NCBI RefSeq assembly: GCF_000328665.1
Contig: NC_019977.1
Coordinates: forward strand, 372,001-436,000
Length of the DNA: 64,000 bases
Direction: 5' to 3'
From: Methanomethylovorans hollandica DSM 15978
Lineage (GTDB): Archaea > Halobacteriota > Methanosarcinia > Methanosarcinales > Methanosarcinaceae
Shown here: positions 50,702-60,991 of the stretch, in pieces
How positions within the stretch are numbered: position 1 is the first letter of the stretch
Layout: each line of letters begins with the position of its first letter
Program-made: the position numbers and the translations under genes
The notes under the pieces: model-generated
Database searches by the model: none
The model's input: only the letters and a program-made list of their open reading frames with translations
Told to the model about the DNA's origin: nothing

Positions 50702-51634
50702 TTATTTTCCCATGTATATCATGAGAGCTTCTTCCACAGTGGCATCTTCTATTGTAATTGCATATATGGCATTACACATGCGTACGGCTTCATCAAGTGG
50801 TTTCTGGTGGATATTACGGCCAGTTGCGTTGCCCATTGCGCCGCTTACATGTATCTGATCATGGAGCTTTTTCAGGAAAGCTTCTGGATCATCGCTGGAT
50901 CCTCCCGCACATACAACTTTTGTACGGCCGGCTGCAAATACAGCCTCTTTAAATATTTCTGCTGAAGAATGTCCTTCTTTTTTCGGGTAGTTCACTTTTA
51001 CGAAGTCAGCGTTCAGGCAGGCACCAACTCCAGTTGCGCCGGCAATAAGGTGAGGGTCCTTCTCGTCAGCTACTGCAGCACCTCTTGGGTATATCCAGAG
51101 TACCGTAAGCATTCCATATTGGTGAGCATCGTACACGATCTGTGCCGCCTGTGCAAGCATATCCGCTTCATACTCGCTACCCAAGTATATAGTGTAACCC
51201 ACACCAAGTATCTTTAGTTTGCTGTTGTCCCTGAACTCTGCTATCTGGGGTATATCATACCACTGGTTACTAAAGGGATCCATTTGTTCAGTAGGAACAA
51301 GATGACTCTTTGAGTTGATCTTCACGAGGTATGGCACATCCGTATAGTCCATTCCATATCTTGCAATAAGGCCTAACTGGGTGGCGAAAACACCCATTTT
51401 TCCCTGATGTGCTATCCTGAACAGATGTTCCGGATCATTGTCATCTGCAGCAGCCTCTTCTCCATAAAAGTCATCATTAAGATGCTCTACTTTCTGGTCT
51501 CCTGCAAAGAGCATAAGTCTACCAGTACTGTTTGTAATCTCCATATAGTTCTCTACATACGTTTCACGGGCCTCTTCAGGTACATCCAGCGGCACTTTGA
51601 TATCAGAGCGTTTGATTGAAATCATTTTCATCAC
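50702..51634 (-). CDS. Class I fructose-bisphosphate aldolase (DhnA family)
   Basis: AGDQKVEH, GYTIYLGSE, WIYPRG, ADFVKVNYP (Schiff-base Lys), GRNIHQ. Confidence 0.88.
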   Translation of the reverse strand: MMKMISIKRSDIKVPLDVPEEARETYVENYMEITNSTGRLMLFAGDQKVEHLNDDFYGEEAAADDNDPEHLFRIAHQGKMGVFATQLGLIARYGMDYTDVPYLVKINSKSHLVPTEQMDPFSNQWYDIPQIAEFRDNSKLKILGVGYTIYLGSEYEADMLAQAAQIVYDAHQYGMLTVLWIYPRGAAVADEKDPHLIAGATGVGACLNADFVKVNYPKKEGHSSAEIFKEAVFAAGRTKVVCAGGSSDDPEAFLKKLHDQIHVSGAMGNATGRNIHQKPLDEAVRMCNAIYAITIEDATVEEALMIYMGK

Positions 51635-52029
51635 CTAATTTATAATTGTCATAAACACATTTATTTCATAGTTCATATTTATTCATAACTATTGTGTATC
51701 TTTTTTAGAACAACAAGCAATCTTCCCCTGCAATTATTCTCGTATCTCATAAAAGGTGGAAACTATTTAGGATTTCATAGGTTAAAAACTCTCATTGTTA
51801 TTTATCTTTATTCTACATTTTACTGTTGGCTCTTTTAATAGGCTCTGCTTATCCAATTGTTAAAGATGCACGCTTCGAAACATTAAAATTAGATTATCGC
51901 TTAGTGCTAATAAATAACGACAACGCCTCTGTTCTATTTTATAATAGACTGGCTAAATTTCTATGTTAACCTGAAACGTATTATAAAAATGGTAAATTTG
52001 TAATATAAATTTTGTGGGGTATATTACCA

Positions 52030-54291
52030 ATGGCTGCAATTGAAACAAAAGAGAGGTTGGGGCGTAGTCTGGGTTTTTTTTCGACATTTGCCATTGGTAC
52101 TGGCACGATGATCGGGGCTGGGATATTCATCCTTCCAGGAATCGCCTTCACAAATGCTGGTGCTGGAGCAATATTGTCTTTTTTGATCGGAGGTATTATC
52201 TCTATAGCTACAGCGATCAGCATGGCTGAGCTGGCAACGGGTATGCCCAAAGCCGGTGGAAGTTACTACTATATCAGCAGAACAATGGGTGCCGCATTTG
52301 GAGCTATAATCGGTCTTGGATCATGGTTTGGTTTGATATTCAAAGGCTCTTTTGCACTTATCGGCTTGGCAGAGTATTTTCAGGTGTTTTATCCATCGTC
52401 TCTTTATTTCGTAGCCGCATTTTCGGGCTTTGTTCTTTTGATAATTAATTATCGAGGTGCAAAGAGCAGTGGTTCACTGCAGAACATTAGTATAATTCTC
52501 TTACTGATCATTTTGGCTATATTCTTAGCCGAAGTATTTTTGTTCGTCGAGCCGCGCAATTTCATTTCAACAACACCGAATTCAGCAACATCTTATGGGC
52601 CAGCATCAATACTCACTACAACAGGAGTTATTTTTATTTCGTATCTGGGACTTGCAGAGCTTGCAGCAATTTCGGAGGAAGTAAAAAATCCATCAAAGAA
52701 TCTACCAAGGGCATTCATTGCTTCTGCAGTAGTAGTAACCATTTTCTATGTTCTCATAATGATGGCAGTTGTAGGTGTCTCAGGCATTTATGCAGGAGCA
52801 GTTACGATTACCCCTCTTGCTGATATAGCTAATCTGATATACGGGGAAATTGGAAGCACCCTTATTGTCTTTGCGGCATTGCTTGCAACACTTTCAACAG
52901 CTAATGGAGCCATATTGTCTTCTTCCAGATTTCCATTTGCCATGAGCAGAGATGCATTAATGCCACAATGGTTTGTCCGGATACACAAAAAATATGACAC
53001 GCCATACAATTCTATACTGGTCACCGGGATCATAATGATCTTGCTGTTATTCCTGTTCGACATACAGCAACTGGCCAGGTTAGGTGGTGCATTTAACATC
53101 TTGATCTTTGTTTTGCTCAATCTGGCGGTCATTATCCTGAGGAAAAGAACTTTACCAGAGTATGAACCAACATTTCGAGACCCTTTCTTCCCGTTCACTC
53201 AAATAATAGGAATAGCTGGTAGCCTGATCCTGTTACCATTACTTGGTGTCCTTCCTTTGCTTTTTGCTGTATCGTTGATCGCTCTGGGTGTGTGGTGGCA
53301 CTGGTTCTATGGAAAGGGCAAAGCTACTCCAGGATATACTCTATTTGACCTGCTGGAAAACAATTTAGGGTCACCTGTCATAAAACCAGAGTCTGGGGTA
53401 AAGGTACTGGTCCCCATTTCTAATGTCAAACATCAGCGTGACCTCCTGAGGCTGGCAGATTGTTTAGGTGATGAGATCGTAGGTCTTCATGTGATCAAGG
53501 TTCCGGACCAGACAGCTTTAAAATTTGCTCAAGAAGCCTTTCATGAGAAGAAGATCGAAATGGACTCACATTTTAAAGAGGAATTTGAAAAATATCCAGC
53601 AATTCTTGGGCATAAGAGGAAATACATCACTGCTTTTGACCATAGTGTATCTAATTCAATAATTGAACAGGCTGAAATGGAAAACGTAGATCTGGTAATC
53701 ATGGGCTGGCACGAGTCAAACAGATTCCAGTATTCTCTTGGAGATGTAACTAATGATGTCCTTTCATCGTTAAAGCGTCACATAGTCTTATTAAAAGGCT
53801 ATCTCTCCTCTAAGACTAATAAAATCGTGGTAGCATATAATGGAAAAGATAATTCGGTATATGGTCTTCACCTGGCAAAAAAACTTGCTCTCAATACAGG
53901 AGCAAAAATAGAAATTATCACAATAGTGAGCCCTGATGAGGATACTGAAAGAAAAAAGGAGATTGCTGAGAAACTTCAGGCCATATCCAGCAATGAAGAG
54001 TTGATCTCCATCACTTTTAAGGTCTTGGAAAGGTACTCTGTAGACGACACGATATTGGAAGCTTCAAACGATAGTGATCTGACAATAGTCGGAGATTCAA
54101 GCCAAAGGTTTAAAATATCGTTCCTTGGGACCTTGCCACAGAGGATTGCCAGGCACTCAAAGAATCCCGTATTGGTAGTAAAGATGTCCAAACCAATATC
54201 TAAGCAAAACATTACTTATACAGTAAGAAAATTTTTTTACAATGCCTATGTAAAAATCAGTCGTGCGTCTAAAAAAGTATTCAAATCATAA
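52030..54291 (+). CDS. APC-family amino acid permease fused to two universal stress protein domains
   Basis: GTMIGAGIF, AELATGMPKAGGSY, EEVKNP; C-terminal VLVPISN and KIVVAY...PVLVVK USP-like domains. Confidence 0.9.
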   Translation: MAAIETKERLGRSLGFFSTFAIGTGTMIGAGIFILPGIAFTNAGAGAILSFLIGGIISIATAISMAELATGMPKAGGSYYYISRTMGAAFGAIIGLGSWFGLIFKGSFALIGLAEYFQVFYPSSLYFVAAFSGFVLLIINYRGAKSSGSLQNISIILLLIILAIFLAEVFLFVEPRNFISTTPNSATSYGPASILTTTGVIFISYLGLAELAAISEEVKNPSKNLPRAFIASAVVVTIFYVLIMMAVVGVSGIYAGAVTITPLADIANLIYGEIGSTLIVFAALLATLSTANGAILSSSRFPFAMSRDALMPQWFVRIHKKYDTPYNSILVTGIIMILLLFLFDIQQLARLGGAFNILIFVLLNLAVIILRKRTLPEYEPTFRDPFFPFTQIIGIAGSLILLPLLGVLPLLFAVSLIALGVWWHWFYGKGKATPGYTLFDLLENNLGSPVIKPESGVKVLVPISNVKHQRDLLRLADCLGDEIVGLHVIKVPDQTALKFAQEAFHEKKIEMDSHFKEEFEKYPAILGHKRKYITAFDHSVSNSIIEQAEMENVDLVIMGWHESNRFQYSLGDVTNDVLSSLKRHIVLLKGYLSSKTNKIVVAYNGKDNSVYGLHLAKKLALNTGAKIEIITIVSPDEDTERKKEIAEKLQAISSNEELISITFKVLERYSVDDTILEASNDSDLTIVGDSSQRFKISFLGTLPQRIARHSKNPVLVVKMSKPISKQNITYTVRKFFYNAYVKISRASKKVFKS

Positions 54292-54458
54292 GGCAACTAT
54301 ATGTTATATTAAAACAACTTCTATTTCAGTAACTACGTTGACAATGGTTTTTGAATATCAAAAACACTTTCACCGTGCATAGTATTTCTATTTATACTTT
54401 AACAGAATACTTCTATTTGCCTCTCTACAAGAGACAAACCAGAGGCTTGAGGTAAAAT

Positions 54459-55709
54459 ATGAACACAATGGTAACTGAAATCAAGAACAAGTTCCAGGAA
54501 CTTGGTGTAGATATTCCGGTTGAAAAGATAGAAGAGAGACTTGACAAGCTCATAGTGAAGTTCAAGGTTCCCCAGGAAGAGGCAAAAAGAAGTGTTGTGA
54601 ATTTTTTCCTGAAGGAATACAGTATTTCCAAAGATCAGTTCTATGGTGGTAAGGGAGAAACTTCCTTTGTAAAGGTGGCAGATATCTCTGAAGATGGGAA
54701 GTGGGTGAACGTAAAGTGCAAGGTGGTTCAGCTGTGGGAAAACACTCATGGGTCTATTTCTCAGGTCGGGCTGCTGGCAGATGAAACTGCTACTATAAAG
54801 TTCATATCCTGGGCGGCTGCAGAGGTGCCGGTAGTTGAGGAAGGAAAAACTTACATATTCAAAAATATTGTATGCAGTGAGTGGAACGGTAAAATGGAAG
54901 TAAACCTCAATAAGACCAGCTCCATTGAAGAGACTTCAGATGATATACATGTAGAAAGCAGAACTCCGGGAGTAGCTCCTCTTGTAAAGGTCGCTGAAAT
55001 TTCAGATGAAGGAAAGTGGGTCGATCTGAAAGGGAAAATTGTGCAGTTGTGGGACAATAACAATGAATCTATTTCTCAGGTAGGTCTTATTGGTGATGAA
55101 ACTGCAACTATCAAGTTTATCAAATGGGCAAGAGCGGAGATTCCCGTTGAGCTGACAGAAGGAAATAACTATCTTTTCCGGAATGCTGTGACCAGTGAAT
55201 GGAATGGAAAACTTGAGATCACTCTGAACAAAAGCAGTTCCATTGAAGAGATATCCGATGAGATTGAAGTTAAAACCAGAGAAGATGCTGTGCTTACAGC
55301 TGCAATGGTGGACGTTCAATTAGGTTCCGGGCTTATAAAACGTTGCCCTCAATGCAATCGCTCTCTGACCAAAGGCGCATGTGCAGAGCATGGTAAAGTA
55401 GATGGGGTATACGACCTACGCCTGAAGGCTGTACTGGACACCGGAACTATTGCTCAGGACATACTTCTTAAAAGAGAAGTTACTGAAGAGATATCGGGTA
55501 TAACGCTCGAAGAAGCCATAGCTATGGCGGCAGATGCACTTGATCAGGGTGTGGTCCTGGAAGCTATGAAACAAAAGCTTGTGGGCAAGTATTATACGGT
55601 TTCAGGACCGCGAGTTGACAGATACATACTTGTGGAGTCAATAAAAAGGGAATCCATCCTGGATCACGAATTGCTTGCCGAACTCATAAATGAAGCGGAG
55701 GTGTTCTAA
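54459..55709 (+). CDS. Replication protein A with a tandemly duplicated OB fold and a zinc finger
   Basis: Two near-identical SISQVGL..DETATIKFI units; CPQCNR...CAEHG. Confidence 0.9.
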   Translation: MNTMVTEIKNKFQELGVDIPVEKIEERLDKLIVKFKVPQEEAKRSVVNFFLKEYSISKDQFYGGKGETSFVKVADISEDGKWVNVKCKVVQLWENTHGSISQVGLLADETATIKFISWAAAEVPVVEEGKTYIFKNIVCSEWNGKMEVNLNKTSSIEETSDDIHVESRTPGVAPLVKVAEISDEGKWVDLKGKIVQLWDNNNESISQVGLIGDETATIKFIKWARAEIPVELTEGNNYLFRNAVTSEWNGKLEITLNKSSSIEEISDEIEVKTREDAVLTAAMVDVQLGSGLIKRCPQCNRSLTKGACAEHGKVDGVYDLRLKAVLDTGTIAQDILLKREVTEEISGITLEEAIAMAADALDQGVVLEAMKQKLVGKYYTVSGPRVDRYILVESIKRESILDHELLAELINEAEVF

Positions 55710-56276
55710 ATGGCAGGCTATACCCGTGAAGTTGCCAGAAGGCTATTCGCTCAGGAATTCAGGGAGTCCAATCTAACTTTCAAGGATGGTAATGATCAAT
55801 ATTCTCCCCAGTATCTGTTAAGTCCCACTGGCGCAAAAGTAAACAGGATGTTCATAGTGGGAACTCTTACGGAGAAAGAAGATATTGGAAGCGATTCAGA
55901 ATACTGGCGTGGGCGAGTGTCTGACCCAACAGGCTCATTCTTCATATATGCAGGCCAATATCAGCCTGAAGCCGCTCAGGTGCTTTCAGAATGTGATACT
56001 CCTGAATTTGTAGCTATCGTGGGCAAGCCCAGTACATATACTACTCCCGAAGGCGAGATCCGTACATCCATAAGGCCGGAGTCAATGTACATAGTCGACG
56101 GTGAAACCAGGGATCTCTGGGTGCTTGACACAGCCAGGGCCACTCTGGAACGTCTAAAAGCCCTTACGGACTCCAATCCAGATGCACTAAAGGCAAAAGA
56201 ACACTACAGGACAGAAACAAAGCACTATGCATCCATGGTGCTGAAGGCTCTCAGGTCTCTGCAGGAAGAATATTGA
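55710..56276 (+). CDS. RPA-associated OB-fold protein
   Basis: REVARRLFAQEF, DPTG, YAGQYQPEAA. Confidence 0.85.
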   Translation: MAGYTREVARRLFAQEFRESNLTFKDGNDQYSPQYLLSPTGAKVNRMFIVGTLTEKEDIGSDSEYWRGRVSDPTGSFFIYAGQYQPEAAQVLSECDTPEFVAIVGKPSTYTTPEGEIRTSIRPESMYIVDGETRDLWVLDTARATLERLKALTDSNPDALKAKEHYRTETKHYASMVLKALRSLQEEY

Positions 56277-56278
56277 TC

Positions 56279-56306
56279 TTACAGGTTTAATCGCCTGTAA
56301 TTTTTT
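56279..56306 (+). terminator. Hairpin plus T-tract
   Basis: ttacagg...cctgtaa followed by tttttt. Confidence 0.6.
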
Positions 56307-56378
56307 AATTTCTTGTGCTTATCTTTTTTGGAGCAAAAGAACCATAAACAACAATGGTCAATAATTGATTGGTGTATT

Positions 56379-56612
56379 ATGAAAACATATCTTCTTATCT
56401 GGTTCAACAGTAATGGGGCAAGGCCTTCTGAGGTTACCCGAAGTCTGATGTCCCTTGGTTTTACTCCTATGCAAGGCTCCTACGATTATGTCTATGATTG
56501 GGGAAACCATGTAGATATGGATGAGATCGTAAATTTCGGGGATAAGGTGCAGATGACCTTAAAAGATACAGGGGTAATGTTCAAAATAGAAACGGTAAAT
56601 TCTACTCCGTAA
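56379..56612 (+). CDS. Small conserved hypothetical protein
   Basis: MKTYLLIWFNSNGARPSEV...GSYDYVYDW; GGTG upstream. Confidence 0.7.
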   Translation: MKTYLLIWFNSNGARPSEVTRSLMSLGFTPMQGSYDYVYDWGNHVDMDEIVNFGDKVQMTLKDTGVMFKIETVNSTP

Positions 56613-56634
56613 ACAGTACTCCATATAAGGTGCT

Positions 56635-57165
56635 TTATTCCTTCTCTGCGAGTTTACGTGAATATTCTATATAGTCGCAGGATTGGCCAACGATCTCAAT
56701 TATTCTGGTAGAAACATTTCCATTATTGATATCTATCTCCACTGCGCATGGATCGGACATTCTGGGTTTTGTAGGCGATCCAGGACAGATCAGCAATACA
56801 TCACTTTTTTCGATCAGGGGTCTGTGGAGATGCCCGAAAACAAGTATGTCCACTTCCATCTCAAGGGCAAGGTATCTGAGAGCAGTGGTATCGTTCAGAG
56901 AGAGGGCTCCTTCATGGACTATACCTATCTTTATGCCGCCTGCTTCAAATGTGATTTTTTCAGGAAGTTCCTGCTTTACCAAAGCCTCATCTGCATTACC
57001 ATGCACAGCTTTTAGTTTACCGGTTGCTTCAAATGCCTTGTAGCACTCGTAAGATGTGAAATCCCCTGCATGAGCGATAATATCATAATCTGCGAGTACA
57101 TCCGCAAGATATTCCGGTATTTTTCCGGTTTCAATGTGTGTATCCGAGATAGTTATAATTTTCAT
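56635..57165 (-). CDS. YfcE/MJ0936-family metallophosphoesterase
   Basis: ISDTH, HAGD, GNAD, GHLHRP, PGS. Confidence 0.9.
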   Translation of the reverse strand: MKIITISDTHIETGKIPEYLADVLADYDIIAHAGDFTSYECYKAFEATGKLKAVHGNADEALVKQELPEKITFEAGGIKIGIVHEGALSLNDTTALRYLALEMEVDILVFGHLHRPLIEKSDVLLICPGSPTKPRMSDPCAVEIDINNGNVSTRIIEIVGQSCDYIEYSRKLAEKE

Positions 57166-57184
57166 TTATGCACATCCACTAAGC

Positions 57185-57973
57185 TCAATGTAGAGAAAGA
57201 TCGACAAGTTCATATTCCAGGTTTTCGCTTTCGAGGCGGCTCAGTATGCCGGGAACCTCTTCATCAATAGCAAGCACCAATGAGGACAGGCCATGGAAAG
57301 CTGCCTCTATAACGGATTCCTTTGCTCCGAACATTACGTGTGGTTCCCTGCCCACCCTTCTCAAAGCTATAAGAGATTCAACCCCTATGGTAGCAATATA
57401 TGATTTTGATCTGACAAGGTTTTCCAATCTTTCCAGATCAACATTCTTGGACCCGCCTCTTTCTACACGTGGTATCTTACAGACAGTAATGCTTGCATTT
57501 TCCAGGTCAATGAGTCCCATCAGATCAGTGACACCTACATCCTCTCCCTTCAATGCAGCGGAGATGGTTGTACCAGTGGCATTAGTGATATTCTGTGTGC
57601 TGACATAGAGTAAACCGTTTCTCATCGTAAGATATACTTCCTGGTCTGCATTCATATCTTCTTCAGTTATTGCAGTCCAGGTGGATACATGACTTATGAT
57701 GTCACTCATCACAAACCTTGCATACCTTTTCATCTCGGCGGCATTTTCCAGAACCCATTCAACCCCTTGTTTAGTAATTCGGTACCTTACTCTTCCTTCA
57801 GAGCTCACAAGTCCTTCAGCCACAAGTTCTTTTATGTATTCTGAGACCGCCTGAGGCGTTACACCGATCTTTTCAGCTATCTCCTTTTGCCGAACATTAG
57901 GCTGGTGTGCAGCCACTTCTATGAGTATCTGGAACTTGGTTATACCACTCTTACTGCTAAGAAGCTCGATCAT
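57185..57973 (-). CDS. Winged-helix transcriptional regulator (COG1497-like)
   Basis: QKEIAEKIGVTPQAVSEYIKEL...YRITKQG. Confidence 0.85.
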   Translation of the reverse strand: MIELLSSKSGITKFQILIEVAAHQPNVRQKEIAEKIGVTPQAVSEYIKELVAEGLVSSEGRVRYRITKQGVEWVLENAAEMKRYARFVMSDIISHVSTWTAITEEDMNADQEVYLTMRNGLLYVSTQNITNATGTTISAALKGEDVGVTDLMGLIDLENASITVCKIPRVERGGSKNVDLERLENLVRSKSYIATIGVESLIALRRVGREPHVMFGAKESVIEAAFHGLSSLVLAIDEEVPGILSRLESENLEYELVDLSLH

Positions 57974-58479
57974 TCCTTGTCCTCTACTTCTTTGATACGT
58001 TGTCCCATCACTGCAAGTTTATCAGATCGTCGTGCAACGGCACGGATATACATTGGGCTTTTGTTTAATGCCCTTGTCAGGCTGCTCATGGACTCGTTTC
58101 CCTCTATCACAAGTTTTTCTAGTTCTTCTATTATATCCTCCACTTCTTCATAAGGTTTGAAAGTCAGCATTATAATATCGCTCATATCCTCAACAGAACA
58201 TTGAAAATTTGTCTGTACTTTGGAATAAGAACTATGATATTCTTTTTGTGGAGTTTTTCCAGGTTCAGGCATATGCCACTGGCTTTCGATCAAACCACTT
58301 TTCTTAAGGATCATTATACTCTGCGCAACATCCGTTCCCAGCGTTTCCTCTAGTTCATCTTTTGTCATCCATAAATTTAAAAGGGCATCAAATACCTTTT
58401 TATGCCGCTTAGACCCAAAAATCTGGAGGAGTGGTACAAGTTCGGAAGGATCATTAATAATTCTTGTCCGTTTATTCAT
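57970..58479 (-). CDS. ArsR-like wHTH protein (COG4860-like)
   Basis: IINDPSELVPLL, LKKSGLIESQWHMPEPGKTPQKEY; ATGA coupling to the next gene. Confidence 0.75.
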   Translation of the reverse strand: MNKRTRIINDPSELVPLLQIFGSKRHKKVFDALLNLWMTKDELEETLGTDVAQSIMILKKSGLIESQWHMPEPGKTPQKEYHSSYSKVQTNFQCSVEDMSDIIMLTFKPYEEVEDIIEELEKLVIEGNESMSSLTRALNKSPMYIRAVARRSDKLAVMGQRIKEVEDKE

Positions 58480-58629
58480 TGTATTAACCTCTGAATGTAC
58501 CTCATATGGACCGTGACCAGTTAAATTTCGAAACTCACAAGTACAAGCGATCCAAAAATTTAGTTAACCCATCAAAACACTTTTCGCCAATAGTATATGT
58601 TCCTTAATCTTAATAAAGGTGTTGTGATT

Positions 58630-59679
58630 TCAGAATGTTTTAAAATCGATATTCAGTTCTCCATTTTGTTGCCAAAGGAACAATGGGAATTTTCTCTTTT
58701 CCTGTATGTTCTTCTCATACAGTGCATGGACTACAATGGGTAGTGCAATGGTTGCATCCACGAATACCTGAACTTTCTTTGCATCAGCAGCTATCTTACC
58801 CCAGGAAACAGCTTCATCGAACGTGCATCCTGAAAGGCCACCCTAGTGAGGTACATCTGTGGTATACTGTATGGCATAATCATGTCCGGCAATATTCGCA
58901 CCCATTATGGAAGCCACAACTTCCGTCTGTTGTATGAAGTTCTTGGGAACTCCTCCGCCTACATAAACGACCCCGGTCTTTCCAGACATCTCCACTATGC
59001 GGGTTATTTCATCCACATCTTTTATCTGGTCCACATCAACATCAAACCCTGCCCTTCTTGCAATGGTCAATCCTATCCCTATGGAACTATCGCCAAGAGC
59101 TGGCACAAAAATGGGAACACCATATTTATACGCGCTGCCTACGATGGATTCATCGCCATTTCCATCTTCGTATATTTTCTTTCCAAGGAGGCCTATGAAT
59201 TCTCTTGAGGACATTCTCTTCCCATGAAGTCCTCTGGCAAAATCTGCTATCAAATGATCTGTATTTCTGAACTCTTCCTCAAAAGCGAAAACATCGTATA
59301 TTCTGTCCACTCCATGCCTGAACAGTTCTTCATCGTTGGCCAGGTGAGAGCCAACATAATGTTTCTTTCCAATAGCTTCATGGCAATCATGGAACAGGTT
59401 CGCTCCCGTGCTCACAAGACAGTCTATCATCCTGTTCTTTATTAGATGTACTATCACTTTCCTCATGCCTGCAGGTACCATAGCACCTGTAAGCCCCATC
59501 ATTATAGTAAGTTCTTCTTCTTTGAGCATATTGTTCCAGGCTTGCACTGACTCGGCAAGTTTCCTGCCCTGGAATCCAGTATATAGCATGCTGTCTACTA
59601 GCTGGCCTATAGATCTGTTCGTGACATCTAAAGGTCTTGTTGGGTTCTGAGTGAAAACATTGATCTTATGTGACTCCAT
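58630..59679 (-). CDS. dys: Deoxyhypusine synthase, 349 codons, with an in-frame TAG at codon 279 (58843..58845)
   Basis: TGAMVPAG, STGAN, DRIYD, DSSIG, GGGVPKNF; after the TAG the frame continues GGLSGCTFDEAVSWGK...DATIALP to TGA at 58630. Confidence 0.9.
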
Positions 59680-59897
59680 CCTGGCACCTCTCAATGGTAG
59701 AATCATGAAACTCTGAAATGTTACATACTGCTACATTTAATTATCAGTTGGTGTTCAGAGAGACATATCTTTTGGAAAATATATCATGTGCACCATTGTA
59801 ATTAAGCATGACCTTTGAGGTAATTCTACAGTTCTTTATCCTATTCTTTTGCAGACCGATACATATATCCAATTCTGTTACCAATCAGTCAGTTATC

Positions 59898-60506
59898 ATG
59901 TCCCAGAATCTTAGTGAGAAGATAAATGATGTGCTTGTAGATAGGCAATTGTCCATAAGCGCCATCACCAGGGAGCTTAAAGACAAGGGGTTCGTTGAAC
60001 ACAGGCTGGTACTGACTGGATATCTGCGGGCTCTGCGCGATCTGAAAAAATTACAGGAAATCGAAATTCCTCCCTCTAAGGTCTACAAACGCCTGGAGTA
60101 TCCTGAAAAATGCACAGATATTTACTCTATAGTAGGCGATCAGATCAAGAGCCTGGACATGGAAATGCGTCTACACCTTGCTATCTTTATTATATCCCGG
60201 CTCTTCAAGAGACCAGTGTTCAGGGAAGAGCTCCTCCATCTTGGCATCAATAACAAGAGTGTTGCTAATTGTCTGGAATCTTCCACATGCATGATATCTG
60301 TTTCAAGGGACGAGAATCTGAAACTCTACCGCACTGAGATCACACGGATCCCCATTCCCGCAAACGATCCAGCCTATGAAATAAAGGCTGAAGATGCTCA
60401 TCTGATCTCCATGGCAAATGTGGTCCTAGTGGACACTATCAAAGATCTTGTGGACATAAGCGGGCTTACTCCAAAAACGAAGCAAACGAAACTTGTTGAA
60501 ATGTGA
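59898..60506 (+). CDS. Hypothetical protein with an N-terminal HTH-like region
   Basis: LSISAITRELK...HRLVLTGYLRAL. Confidence 0.7.
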   Translation: MSQNLSEKINDVLVDRQLSISAITRELKDKGFVEHRLVLTGYLRALRDLKKLQEIEIPPSKVYKRLEYPEKCTDIYSIVGDQIKSLDMEMRLHLAIFIISRLFKRPVFREELLHLGINNKSVANCLESSTCMISVSRDENLKLYRTEITRIPIPANDPAYEIKAEDAHLISMANVVLVDTIKDLVDISGLTPKTKQTKLVEM

Positions 60507-60575
60507 TTTCATCTTTGAACATATCAGTTGCGGCATCAATGGTAACTTAAGGCAGTGATAATCTGAAAATAGAGC

Positions 60576-60991
60576 ATGAAGGACTTATTCAAATACATCC
60601 CGTCGGATACGTACACAATGCTTTTAAAGAAGCTGTTTTTGATAAGGGGGTATATTCTTCGATATCACAAATATTTTTGAAAGAACCACTAAAGGATGGC
60701 CTTAAAGAGACAACAGATTTCGCTAAGATCTATGTGCTGTCCCATTTTGACCGCTTGGAAGGCTACGATCTGATTCAAAAACGCCGTCATGATGGGAAAA
60801 TATCAGGTGTCTTTGCTTCCAGGTCACCTAAAAGACCTAAAAGTATAGGGCTTAAGTTGCTGGAATTGCTGGCCATCAAATTAAATATGCTTACTGTCAG
60901 AGGCCTGGATGTTATTGATGGTATTCCAGTGCTTGATATAAAACCGTTCATAGAAATTGATGTGGCAGGTGATTGTTTACGGTCTCCATAA
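60576..60991 (+). pseudogene. tsaA: TrmO/TsaA tRNA methyltransferase-like gene with a damaged 5' end
   Basis: IHPVGYVHN, GVFASRSPKRP and RGLDVIDGIPVLDIKPF motifs; the only nearby ATG (60576) is out of frame. Confidence 0.7.

Noticed and set aside
58793..58842. Possible PYLIS-like hairpin after the dhs TAG (CAGGA...TCCTG)
   Set aside because: Short and imperfect, could arise by chance in coding sequence, and such elements are not required for Pyl insertion
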